NCBI RefSeq assembly: GCF_003704095.1
Contig: NW_020847344.1
Location: 434,001-498,000 of the forward strand
DNA from: Pocillopora damicornis
Taxonomy: Eukaryota
Direction: 5' to 3'
DNA length: 64,000 bases
The translations under genes were made by a program, and so were the position numbers. Shown here one piece after another: positions 48,801 through 61,683 of this stretch. The notes beneath the pieces are model-generated. The model had not been told where the DNA came from. It was given only the letters and a program-made list of their open reading frames with translations, and searched no databases. Numbering within the stretch: the first letter of the stretch is position 1; each line of letters starts with the position of its first letter.

Positions 48801-51800
48801 TTTTTCGGTGTATTTTTCAAACTGAATTTTTCTCGAAGTAGGTAAATTGTCTTACTTCACTGCTCCAGTGTGAATCGTATATTCTCTTGCAAGTAAGCCA
48901 GTACCCAGATTGAAAACTTGAATACAACCTTGGGTGTTTCCTGTACAAAAAGACAATTAGTAATCTTTTTAGAAATTGTTATATTGAGTATGTTCTATAT
49001 ATTAACCAAACAAAGTTGTAGCAAAACTCTACAATATGACATGTAATGAAGTCTCTTACCAACTGCTAACAAAGGCTTGTAACTCCCCCAATTCTTAGTA
49101 GTCAAGGGCGGACACATGACAGCACAAGTTGGAGGAGATGATACTGAGCTGGAAAGGGTTACCATGACAAACTTGTAATGAACAGAATTTTGAATGACAT
49201 TTCCAGAGGTAAGAGGTGGAGGAATCACATCAGAAAGTGTCAAATTAGGATTGACATGATACCGCAGGCGTTCAGAGTCTGTGTTGCATGGTAGTGAAGC
49301 TTTCAAAGCTTCCTGTGACAAGACTGATGCTTCTCCTTGAAGCCTTTTAGCCTTTAATTCCCAAATAATCATTCTTCCATCACTAATCAAAAGGGCAACT
49401 TTCCGTTCACTTGATGGACAGCACATGAAGCCAAAGAGTCGGCTTGATTTGCTGAGACGCAGTGGATCTGACTGGCATTTGTTCTCATAGATTATATCCA
49501 CAGATGAATTTACATCATTACTCCTTTCATCAGTTTCAGTGAAGTAAGGATTGTTCTCTACTCTTCTACGCACTCGCATGATCACACTGCCATTCTCATG
49601 TAAACACATTAGAACATCACGTTGTTGACAAGGGATGACCTGAAGAAAAGAAGGGCTGTTTCTCTCCAGACTGAATGAGCAAACTGCCTGGTTGATTTCC
49701 ATGTCTAAAATCATTACTTCCCTTGGAAACAATGCTAAAAGATGATGATGAGCAGATGGAAGGTATGCAAGCTGAAGACAGTCACTCAAAACCACACTTT
49801 CTTCTCCAGCTCTAAAACAGGAAAACGATAGGAAACAGAGTTTTTATAATCCAAAAGACATTTTTACCAAATGTATTATCCCTAGAAATTAGTTCCTGTT
49901 TCAATTATTCTCTTGTTCACAAATATACTACGTATTAATTGATTTACTTAAAGGCTGAAACCATAACTGATACAGGACATGAAATTTCACTCTTACAATC
50001 TCTAACAGAGTTTTTGTAAATATGAAAAACGCAAATTGGAAAAAAAATACTTTTGGAGTCTAGCAATCATGCTGGGAAGAGAAAGAGTAGGGGGGGAGGG
50101 TTTAGGAACTGTAAACTTTCTTTCCCACTAGGAAAGATACCTGAGGGCCCCTTTGGTTAAATACAACTTGACATGTTTGGTGAAACACTCCCATGGATAA
50201 AAAAGACAAAACATATAAATTCTACCTGTTTTTTGATTCACCTCCTCCCCATAGCCTCATCCTAGAGAGAGCAGACTTGGGTGTGGATTGTTTGGTTGCA
50301 TTCTTGCTGTCTGGGCCAGCAGTTGGTGAGCCAACAAAACCGCCACTAGGTGATGCAGAGCCAGAGCTTGTAAGGTAAAACTTACGCCCATTGCTTTCTG
50401 GGGCTTTGCCGATGGAAAAGTCATTGATGAAGAGAATCCAGTCCTGACACATCACTTAACAAGGTTAAGGCAAAGGAATGCAACTTAGTACCTTTTTCTT
50501 GGATGAGTTTTAGGAAAAAAATCCTCCTGAAGATGTCCAACAAATGTGTTTCATAAACTCAGAAATACTGCTTTTTTTATTTTTATAGATTGAACTAATT
50601 ACAGTTTAACTGATTCAAAGTGTTTGCTAGATATCAGTGATCACTCAAAAATATTTTCTGGCTGCTTTCCAGAATTCTCCCACTAGTAATTCTTGATTGC
50701 TTTTTTTTCACTTTCCTCCTGCTTCTACCTATGGATTCTTTCAAGGAGAGCAAAAGAGCAATTCACTGGGCTCAGATGTTGTAATAAATTGTGACATAGC
50801 CTTATTAGTGGGTTAAGATACCATTTGTAAAGTCTGACCCGTATTTTCAATGTAGTACGCACTTTTTAAAGATAAAATTTCAACTTACAGGTTACATTTG
50901 AAGGTATAAAAGGATCAAAAGCAAAGCAGAGCAGAGCTTCTTGAAAAGTCTTTTTCCACAATTTTGTGCCAGTATCAGCATTCCAAAGGATCATTGATGA
51001 TGGAGCATGGAGAACTGCTAAAAGATCATGACAGGCATCTTGAGTTGCAAGCCATTCTAGATCAAGAATTGGCCTGTTTCCTTCTGAGAACTCAGTCACT
51101 GCAGTCCCTTGAGAAATGTCCCAGACAATGACGTTACCAGATGTATCTCCAGATGCAAGACGAAGTATATATGGAGAATTACTGTCATGATGGTAATTAT
51201 CACGTGCCCATTTCACCTAAGAATGAATGTGGGAAAGTTAAAAACATCTTTATAAATAAAACAATTTTAATAAACAATAAAACATGAATCAGGAGAATTA
51301 GATAGTCCTAAAGATCTAAATTTACCTACCTTTGTGCAAGGGGCAGTGTGCAAGGTTAGCACTTGAATAACCTGTCAAGAAAGAAAAAAAGTAACGAGAA
51401 TATTAGACAATTTAAATACAGAAATTAGTTTTCAAGCCACAGATCTGAAATAAAACGATTAGAAGATAAACTGATTATCCTCACCTGAACTGATTTGGGA
51501 TCAAAGACAACTACAAAGTTTTGACAACCATAGGCAATCAGTGACTGTCGTCCCCTTTATAAACCAAACAAAAAACAACAAATTCTTCAAATGTATTTGA
51601 TGAAATGACGCATTATCAGAACTAGCCAACAAAATAATATGCAAAGTTAATAGGGGAAATTTCAGTCGAGATATTGGAAAGGGGTCTATCTTTAATTGCT
51701 CGCAGTTTACTTTTTTCATCATACTGTCATAGACAACACAAGATTGTTATATGAATCTAATGGGATAGGAAGCAAACACTGTTAAGAGGAAACAATTATA

Positions 51801-52049
51801 ATAAAGAAATTGGTCCCTCGCCCATCTTTTTCGACATCACAGATTCACATACCAATGCTCGAGCTTCGAGAGTTTCTTTATACAAAAGTTACGAGGAACG
51901 TCACTGTGTGCGATTGATTTTGAATAATGGGCTCAATGTGTTCAAATTGTTCAATGGAGGAAGAAATCAGGCCAGCAGACTTACCAATCACAAGCTCCTC
52001 TGTTATGACTATGAAGAGCACCAGGCAAAACTCGAGGCGACAGCTTCAT
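39852..52049 (-). CDS. WDR11: WD repeat-containing protein 11, multi-exon
   Basis: N-terminus MKLSPRVLPGALHSHNRGACDW; VKWARDNYHHDSNSPYILRLASGD; CPPLTTKNW...PLLAVG; IKKIKFAPGRGNFKL; ACLVATIRSSGASQSTIKLVATNLIASGKL; GVQLLCLIDKGLDACRYLQTYGEWDRAAWLAK; YFDRAAMFAEAC; C-terminus VYTEYARYL...FASKAG, stop at 39852. Confidence 0.95.
45275..45667. mobile_element. Palindromic element with two inverted tRNA-like arms
   Basis: The left arm (...gaatcaaacctcagaccttcggat...gatgctctac) is the reverse complement of the right arm (gctcagtggtagagcatc...aaggtctgagattcgattcc...); partial copy at about 56625-56920. Confidence 0.75.
48482..48687. mobile_element. TTAA-flanked piggyBac-like MITE
   Basis: TTAA|tcctttacac ... 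cagaggg|TTAA; similar to the inner element at 37569. Confidence 0.7.
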
Positions 52050-53234
52050 GGTAGTTAAAATCTCAATCAGTTATATCGGAATCCAAACTTGCACAATGAC
52101 TGGGTTTTGTAGAAAAAGTTAGACCTAGACCCAGTAATCCTTAATTATACCCCAAAGGCACCCCTTATTTCCGCCATTGTAGTCCTTGTTTCGTATTTGC
52201 AGTACATTATATATGTTCATACAGAACACATCAGCTGTTTACTCCTCAGACCGCTGGTTTGTAAAAAGCGAAAATCATAATTATCTTTAGGGAGGGATGA
52301 GAGGGTCAGCACAAATGCTATCATTTATTTATTTTCTGAATGTAGTATAAAGAACGATTTAAAAAATATTTCAAGAAAAAATTTATCTAGTTTTAAAAAC
52401 AAATAAAGGCAGAGAAGCAGCGTGGCAATGGTCATTAAAGTTAGACCATCATCTCTCTATACCCTAGAAGAGATTGCTTTTTACTATTAGCGATGGCGCC
52501 AATTTCTAAAGCCCTGGGACTAAATGTGAGAAGCGTCAACATCTGGCTGCTGGAGGGGTCACTTCTCAATACTCTACAATGCCAGTAGTTTATGCAAAAA
52601 ATATCACCATATTATTGCCCTATAAAAGGACAGAAGGTCTTTTGTCGCTTCTGGTAATCCTGCAAACCTGCGATTGACATGGTAAGCTCAAATCATCGCC
52701 TTGTATGGGTTAGCTTAGAATTTTTCAGGATAACCTTTGATTATGGCGAAGGGCAGTTAAGTCAACTATTTTTGAACTATTCCTTCACCGATCCTCTCTT
52801 TATGTGTAACTCCATATTATTTTGTTGTATGACATAACGATTTCGTGAAATACTTCTCAATTGGCCTCTTAGTAATCCTTGGGGAGTTCATACCTCAATG
52901 GTAATTAAGTACTTGCAATTAGCGGGTTAAGAGCAAAGTAACCATTGTACTTTGTTCAAATTCCTTTCAGCGTTTATTTTTTTTCAGGCGTTGAAAGCCA
53001 TTAATTAGCACCTGGTACCATCTGATTAAAATCACTGAAAATATTTTAAAGAGTGATCGTGTACTAAAGGTTGTCAACAGCAAAATACTTTTGGTGTTCG
53101 TTTTGTACGTCCTAAGAAAATTTTGTTAGTCATTTTAGAACAGAGGTTATAACAGACATGAATTTTATTGCTGCTTTTCGTTCACAAATTACGAAGCAGT
53201 CCTTGGAAAGTTCAGCTGATGTGGTCTCATAACA
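52050..53234. promoter_or_regulatory. Putative bidirectional promoter between WDR11 and FANK1
   Basis: Divergent ATGs 1.2 kb apart; oppositely oriented ATGGCG (YY1-like) motifs at about 52173 (-) and 52494 (+); candidate non-coding exon donor at about 52681. Confidence 0.55.
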
Positions 53235-56200
53235 ATGTCAGGTAAGACTTGATGAATTTATCTATCATGACGTGGAAACAAAAAATCAGAGTTCCATACA
53301 AGGAATTGAAATTCAAAGCCCTTCAGTCTTGTAGATGCTCTTCCTCTAAGCCACAAAGTAAAAGCTCACTCAATACATGTAAACCTCTCCACAGCTGCCA
53401 ACATTTTTTATTTCATGTGAAAACCTCCCCACATTGGCCAGGTTTCAATGGTCAACTAGTCTCACCCTAAGAAGAAATGACGAAGGTTATTTTAATATCC
53501 CTTAAAAAGTTTAATAATGATCCCACTAGATAAGGAATATAGTAGTATTTACAGTATTTGTAGACTTTTGTGTCTCTAGTTTTTTCTTAGTTTGATATTT
53601 CTCAAGCAAGTGGTTGTTTTTCTGTTTCAGTATGTTCAATCTTTATCTTGTATTCATAATGATAGCCTGAAACTGCAGAAAATAAAATGGAAATTGTTTT
53701 GAAAATTTCAATTGAATCAGGGCATACTTTTTAATCATATAATTTAAAGTGAGATTATAAGTTGATTTTGTTCGTTATTTTCAATCAGTTTGTTGGTGTA
53801 AACAGGAACTGACTAATAGTTCCTTTTTTTCCTTTCTTTCCATACGCAGCTCCTGAGAAGCCAGCACCTCCTGTAGTTGGAAAAGTTACATTCAACAGCA
53901 TTGAGTTGTACTGGGATCAGATAGCAGGTACTGAAGACAGCTCAGGAGGGAGGCTACGTTACTGTGTACAGGAAGAAGAAGAGGAGGGACGAAAAGGATT
54001 TGGAAATGTCTACAAGTATGGAGCAATTTAATTTTTTATGATGGTTTATAGAGAATTTTTCAATTGAGTTTCAGAAGTAAGCTGCAATTGCTTTGCCTTT
54101 TTTAAACTTTGCCTTGTCATTGATTCAGGAAACTTGCGCCACTCCTCAAACAATTAGATGCAAAATGAAAACTAATAACTGCTTGTTTGATTGGCTTTAG
54201 TTTGAGTTCTAACTGGCTCTTAAAAGTATTTTCCCTTCTTCTGAATGGCCATGGTGATTATTTTGGTTTTAATGTTAAGGCACCTAATTGAAGAGCACTC
54301 TATATCTTAAATTGGTTTATGATTTGATGATTGTCTCATTGCCTCATGCCTCAAGCAACTTTGACTGTAACCAGTGCGTGGGTTGTATTGAATTAGTTTC
54401 ATATGATATTTACTGGTAGTGTAGATTTGTTATGTTAGTAATAGAATTCTTATCATTTCAATGAAAATTTTTATTGTCCCTCAGTGGCTTTGCTAAAAGC
54501 AATGAGTTCAAAGGCCTGGAGCCAAGCAAGACTTATCGCTATTGTCTTCGAATAAGTAATAATAATGGGAACAGCCCTTGGAGTCAGGTTATATCTGTTA
54601 CTACTACAAGTAAGTAATATGTCTTATTGCTCTCACTTTTGTCAGTGTTAAGGGCATTATCTGTGACTTTTGATCTTAAACAGAAGATAATATTCATTTT
54701 CTTTATGCAGTGTTTTCCCTTATTTTAAGCATGACAGGTAAAATAAATTTTTAAACCGATAAAGCAATCCTTTTACCTGTTGAATTTTCAAGAATTCTAA
54801 GCAATTTTAGATGGTAATAAGAGGTACTACAGGCAGCAATTACAAGGTGTTCAAAACATTTTGAAGATGTAATCTTCAACTCAGAGAGTTAAACTTTTGT
54901 TGACAACTTACTGGATAACTAATAATCTTCTTTAACCACTGATATTCCTTTAAATAAGGGAGTTTTGATTTTAATAGTTAAAGTAGCTGATAATGAAAGA
55001 CTTGTTGATAAATTGTCATCTGTACTGCAAAAAAGGAAAATTATACACTGGAGTGACAAGTAATAAACTCTTTTTTTGTTTTGCAAAGAAATCCCACTTT
55101 CTGGCCGTGACCTTCACAATGCAGTCCTTAACTGGGAAGTTGAGAAAGTGACATCAATTCTTGAAGAAAGGTTGGTGGACTCTCATATTAACTTTCAAAG
55201 TGGCTCATGATCATGGCATTTGAAAAATTGAAAAATTTTGTGACATCAAGTGCAGTAAATTTAAGTTTGCTCTTTTTACTCTTGTATTTTACTAGTACTG
55301 AAACCATAGTTGATTGTCCTAATGCATTTGGAATGTCTCCTCTGATGATTGCTGCTCAAAAGGGTTACACAAGGTTTGTGTTCATTCGCAGGTAATCAGA
55401 TACTATAATGAGTTATTGAAGAAATGTTTGCCTGGGAGCCAAAGCATTTTCTTTGAAAAGTAATGTACTTGAGCCTACTGGCTCACCCAGCTGGAGATTA
55501 TCTCGGTCTTTTGAGCATGAAGCCACTAGGAGTATTACTACTTTCTTCTGGGTAGGATGCAAGTTACCCCCAGCCTTTCATCAGCCTTCCCTGACAATTG
55601 GTCAGTATCAATTTATACTCCTGGGTGGAGAGATGCACCGTGAGTGTGCAGTGTTTTGCCTGAGAACACAACATATTGCAATGGCCAGGCCTCAGACCCA
55701 GACCTCTTGGTCCAGAGTCCAGCACACTAACTTCTATGCTACAGTGTCTCCCATTTTCTGTGAAAGGTTTTGATAAAAGTACTTCCTTAAACTGCGATAT
55801 TTTCCAAGAGAGTTCATTCATTCCTCTTCCTAAATAACTGTTCTTAGAAATAACATTAATTTTTATAATTTATTGGTAACTTTTCTTTTATTCAGCATTA
55901 TTTCAACTTTAATTGCACACAAAGCTGATGTCAACTACTCCAACACAAGTGGAAAAACTAGGTGATTTAATGATTAATTTAACAGTTAGAGCCAGATCTA
56001 ATTCATTAATGAAACAGCTTGATATATAAACTATATATGATATATGCTTTATAAAGTATGTTTTAAAGCTACAATCTATATAAAAATTAATTTATATTTA
56101 ATGCTTTTTCTTAAAAATATTTTAGTATGATGTTGGCCTGTGCTGGTGGTCACATCAAAGTAGCAGTTATGCTGTTTGAAAAAGGAGCGTTTATAGATAG

Positions 56201-57423
56201 CAAAGACAATGGTGGCTCTTGTTGTCTTCATTGGGCAGTGGATGGTGGTAACACAGCCTGCATACAATGGCTGTTGGACAATGGAATTGATGTATGACCA
56301 TTCTTGTATCAAATAGTCATTTTATTTCAATGCCAAGTTGTGTTTGTTTGATGTCAGATTTTTCATTGTTTCATTACTGTCCAGTAAAAGATGTGCATCC
56401 TGTCCAGTTCTAGTTTTGCTTGCAGATAAGGGGATGCTTTTTTTTTTTTTGTTTGGAGACAAGTGTAAGGTGAGTGCCAAGGGTGAGTCATATAAGAGAG
56501 GAGGAGCTGAAAGATCACATTGTTTCTACTTTTATAACTTCTTACTGACCCACTTCTCCACAGTATGACTCCCCTTATTCACTCACCTCGCACCTTGGCT
56601 GAAAAAGGCAATAAAGCTATACCTACCATCTCTCTTATTTTTGATCTACAAACATTACACTATTGACATTGCTGATCCTAGCAGTATGCAGGACATGTAT
56701 CATATGAACTTGGCAATAGATCTTGCTCACAGTGGAGTCTGCGGCTCAGTGGTAGAGCATTGGAGTGCAGAATCCAAAGGTCTGAGGTTCGATTCCTCAT
56801 GGGGACTCAGAATTTTTTCTTTGTCCCACACTTGTGACAAGACAAAAAAAAAATCTTTTTTCTATTTCTATCTCTATTTCTTTACTGAGTTCAAAACCTA
56901 CCATCTCTCTTATTTTCTATCTAAGCTATACTTGTTCTGCATGTTGGAAATAAGGCCCTGTAAAATTGCAGTGTTGTTTGTCCAACAATGACAATTTTTC
57001 CACCGTTGGAAGGTCTACCTCACCTGCAAACAGCACTTCCTCCATCCTTCTCTCTGATACAGCTCCACAACCAATTATAATTAATACATAAACTTACCAG
57101 CTCTAATTTACCAATGGAAGCATTGCAGGGTAATTTAAATGTTGTAATTTTTTCAACAGGTTGATATCGAAGATGATTTTGGTTGTTCACCTTTAATAAG
57201 ACTTGGTATGCAGTGGTAAATAATTCACAGTTTATATTTTCTGATATTTCCAATTTTGATTTGCTATAATCTCATTGTTAAAAAGTCTTCAATCAGCAGA
57301 AAAAGAGTTGAGTCACTTTTAATATGCATAGATGTCAATGAAAGTGAAATGTGATCATCGCAGTAAATTTTCCAATTTAAGCAATTGGAAAGAAGAAGCC
57401 TGAAAAAAAAAAAAAAAAAATCA

Positions 57424-57457
<34 letters not shown>

Positions 57458-59926
57458 GATACCGGTGCGATGCGGTGTCAATGTTAGACTCATTACTTCA
57501 CTCATCCAATCAATCCACTCCAAAATTCAGAATCACACAGAATATGACGATGTTAGCTGAAGATCCCTTAAAATTTAACCTTTTGTAATACCCGAATTTA
57601 TGTTGCAGCCTCTTTGAATGGAAATGTTGAGGTGGCCAAGATTTTGATTGAAAATGGGGCAGATGTGAACAAAAAGGACAAGATAAAGAAATCTGCTTTG
57701 ATGGTAATGTTATATTTCTCAGCTCAGTGTAGATTTTCCATTTTATTACGAACTACTTTGAAACATTAATTTTGAATGATTTAACATTTTTTACGTTTTT
57801 TCAGGCTGCTGCAGTGGGTGGTAACGTTGATTTGATTAAGCTACTGGTGGTAAAAGGGGCAGATGTTTATGCTGAAAATGAGGTTTGTAAGTACCTTTAG
57901 TATTAAGATTGTGTAGTTAGGAGAGATTGTGCAAGAGCGAGGAAGTAAAAATATTTTTTTCTCTTTATTTACTGTGTAGATATCAACTTGCTTTGGTCAA
58001 AACATGGCATCTGTCATGGATTTCCGTATTGCTCTATTTTCTTTCAGTATTATTATTTTTTTAAATTCCTTGCTTCACCTTTTTTTACTTTCTTTTTAGT
58101 ATGGACATAGAGCTGTTGATTTTTCTGAGACGTTTGGCAGAAAGGTATGACTTTATGGTGGAATGTAGGCTCATACAATTACAGTGGTTCAGACATTTTT
58201 GTTCCTTCTTGCTCTGACGAAGGGCTAACGCTAAAAACGTCAGCTTTAGAAACTCTTTACTGTTGATAAAACCAAACTATCTTTTTCCCTCTGGTTTATT
58301 AGTGCCTGTTTCGTGTTTTTCTTTTTTGCCGAGGTAATATTTTGTAGTTTCTGTCAAGTTACAAGACGTTTTTTAAATAACAAAAATGATTACATGTCTC
58401 GAGGATAACCGGTCAAGTCGCCCGAGAGTCATCTCGCCCGGAGTCATGCCCGAAAGTTTAGTTTTAGTAATGTCGCCCGAAAAAAAAGTCAAGTCGCCCG
58501 AAGAAACAAATACTAAAAAGATCAGAATTTCAAACTGTAAATAGGCAATAACGTTGAGAAATTTTCTATCACTAAAGCGCTCTTTGTTTCAGACAACACC
58601 ATGAAGATTCTTAAAGGGAAGCGTTCTCCGTTTCTAACAAAGAAATGAAGCGTTGTTCGTTTGGTATGGGCTCGTTTCTTACTCACGGACATTTCGTAAG
58701 CTTGAGAAACTCTTTCTCGTTTCTAAAAGTGCCACGAAGACTTTGACTACACAGAAATCGATTATATGGTCATGCAGAACTGAAATATGTTTGAGTAACG
58801 GCTCTAAAAGCGTTGTTTGTTTCTAACAACAGAGAGAAGCGTTGTTCGTTTCTATAACAACAAATGCACGGATGCAGCGTAACATACAAGTAAAGTTCTG
58901 TTGTGTCTATTTGTGACTTTCTTAACAATAAAAGATGAAAACACCTGGTGAACGAATGTCGATTGTCGCGTTCGACAAGTCGGTAAAAGGTAAAGCGAGT
59001 AACATACAAATAAAATTGTGTTTTTTGTGAACTTCGTAACATTAAAAATTAACTTGTTGCCTTGCATAAGGTAAGTGTGATATTTTTAAGGTAACAGTCT
59101 ATTGTTTATGCTTGTGACTTTTTTCACAGTAGTAGTCTGATAGCATTGCGTCGGCAGAATAGGCATAAATTATGTAGTTGTACTCTGGTGGTCGCATGTA
59201 TATTTTGATCCGATCAAAGTATATATGAAGAAGGTAATGCTAGCTACGATACGAATACGAACTGATCAAAATGAGCATTCACCCTTGCATTGAGTGTGAT
59301 GATGAAGTTAGACCACGTCAACAAGCCCTACAGTGCGACGATTACGGTTGATCACATGGCCTTTCTGACCATATGATCGATTTGTGTCAAAGTCTTCATG
59401 GCTTTGTTAGAAGCCAAGAAAAAGTTTTTCAAGCTTTCAAGAAATGTCCATGAGTAAGAAACGAGTACATACCAAACGAACAACACTTCCCTTTTTTTGT
59501 TAGAAACGGAGAACGCTTCCCTTTGTTGTTAGAAACGAACAACGCTTTAAGAATCTTCATAGTGTTGTCGGAAACAACGAGTGCTTTAGTGATAAAAATT
59601 TCCTACGTTATTGCCTATTAACAGTCTGAAATTCAGATCTTTTTAGTATTTGTTTCTTCGGGCGACTTCACTTTTTTTTTTTCGGGTGACATAACTAAAT
59701 TTCGGGCATCATGACTCAGGTTTCGGGCGAGATGACTCTCGGGCGACTTGACTGTAAACCGTCTCGAGAGATAACTACATCTCGGCTCATATAAAATCTG
59801 ATTTCACTGATTTTATTTCGTTCATCTCCGTTACAGGAAGTCGCTAGTTATCTTAAAGAAGTAATGGAAGGAAATGAAACGGATGTGAAACCCGAAAAAG
59901 AAACAGAAGATTCCGAGGACACTTGA
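53235..59926 (+). CDS. FANK1: Fibronectin type III and ankyrin repeat domain protein 1
   Basis: ATGTCAG|gt micro-exon 53235-53241. FN3 exons 53850-~54015 (PAPPVVGKVTFNSIELYW) and ~54485-54609 (GLEPSKTYRY...SPWS). Ankyrin exons (FGMSPLMIAAQKGY; SGKTSMMLACAGGH; CLHWAVDGGN; GADVNKKDK); last exon ~59837-59926. Confidence 0.92.
56625..56920 (+). mobile_element. Partial copy of the tRNA-armed element
   Basis: Matches the centre and right arm of 45275-45667 (gctcagtggtagagc...ggttcgattcc). Confidence 0.7.
57340..57473 (-). mobile_element. tRNA-derived SINE
   Basis: The reverse strand reads gcatcgcaccggtatcgcggaggtcacgggttcgaatcccgttgaagccctga followed by a T-run. Confidence 0.7.
58404..59760. mobile_element. 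Non-autonomous long-TIR DNA transposon (1357 bp) with 8-bp TSD
   Basis: GTCTCGAG at 58396-58403 and 59761-59768; imperfect inverted arms of about 350 bp (gtcaagtcgcccgagagtcatctcgcccg...); no transposase ORF. Confidence 0.88.
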
Positions 59927-61223
59927 AATCATCAGTGGATAACTTAGTGCAAATTCCAATTCGTTCCATCCAACCGGTCAGAGTGAAGATGCAGTTTCAA
60001 CAACCAACCATGCGCATTCTTAATTTTAATCAAGTGACTTTTCGCGTATCTTTCACCGATTGCCATTTTTTTGTGTTCGGTTTTCTAACCAGCCTTTCGT
60101 GCTGTTTGTGAACACGATCTGATGTTTGGTTTTGATTCAACCATTTGTCGAATTTTACAGATCACGATTTAAGTTTCGTAAATAAATCACTTGAAAGGTC
60201 AGCAATTGTTTCTATTGACTTCGTTTCTTAATGTACATACTTTACTTCCAGAGGTTTTTTGATGTTTTCAAGATGCCAAACAACAATTTCCCCCCTCCGC
60301 AATGTCGTAAATTACACACCTTGGTTCTCCGGTCATGAGACAAAAAACCTCTCTTCTGTAAAAAGAAATATTGCTTTTCACAGAAGTCGACCTTCGGAAC
60401 AGTTCTGTTGTCCCATTCAACTGGAGGCTTCGTCATCAAGCAGTGTCTCAAAGGATTTACAGATCGAGGAAGCAAAATACTCCAGCGCTCAGCCGTTTCT
60501 AAAGATGTTATATTTATGCGTGTGTGAAATTTATTCAGGAAGACCATTTACGTAATTTGTGGCAACAAGTGGACTTTGAGACTCGCTAATTATTTTTGAA
60601 GTAACGTCAATTGTGTTCGTCTCTTGATGGAATTGGTTTGTTTGTTTTCCTGTTTACTCGAAGCTAAGGCTTGGTCATAGTTGCTATAATTTCCAGTTTC
60701 TTGCGGCAAAACCGCGGTCTGTGACCCAATTCCGCAAAAATCGCGTTTTTCCTTCTTACTTTTTAAGGCAAGACAGAAGAATTATTCAGTCACCTTACTT
60801 CTTACGCAAACCTTTTAATTTGTATATTTTGTCCTCAGGTATTAATAACACTCTTATAATTTCAAGTCTATTGGGAGTCATCTTCTCTAAATGTATGATT
60901 CCAAATAGATACTTACAAGCGATCTTATGAAATACGGAAAATTACGTCCTTCGTTTCTCTTGTAGTAGATAGGAATTCTAGCTACATTTCTACCACGAAA
61001 GTTTAGTGATGTTGTTTGCTAGTTACGCACCGTTAATCGAAGTTCCGCATTTCAATTTCCATGATATTATCGAGAATGCATTCTGTGTGATCGCTCACCA
61101 ATAAGTCCACCGTATCTTGAGAATAAGAAATTTTTTTCCCATAATCTGTACTTACCATTTTTAGGGGAAGAATTATCACTACTTTTAAAATCCTTAAATA
61201 TTGTGAAAATGTACATTTGTACG

Positions 61224-61548
61224 ATTACGTAATCATTACGTCATGAACAGCAGATATTGATCATGCTAAAAAAGTGTCGCTAACAAATATTTTTGAGACG
61301 ATAAAATGAAACTTACTAGGCCACAAAGTTATCGTGTATTTTTAGTTGGAGGAAAGAAGCAATTGTGTTTCGGTAACTTTTCAACTAGCTTCCACAATTG
61401 TTTTTAACTAAAACTTCCGCCGCTCGTGTGGCTTCCATCCAAAAACTCTTCGTCACGTTCCCTTTGTCTCGGTATATTGAGCAATCTGATTGGCTATTTT
61501 TACAGATTCTCTTTTTTTCAGTGGATGATACACGTCACGTGACACGTG
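61224..61548 (+). promoter_or_regulatory. Mitoferrin promoter: D-box ATTACGTAAT, ATTACGTCAT, CCAAT, and overlapping E-boxes GTCACGTGAC/CACGTG
   Basis: Motifs at 61224, 61235, ~61489, 61534 and 61543, all within 460 bp of the ATG. Confidence 0.6.
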
Positions 61549-61683
61549 AGCTAACTAAGTCTGTGCAATATGGCGGGTGGAATTTAACTGAGTACAAGAT
61601 AGTAAGAAACTCGCGGACAAACAACGAATTTTTAGGGATTTACTGCAACTTTAAGGCTGGAGTCCATTAGTTTTCCTTGCGTT

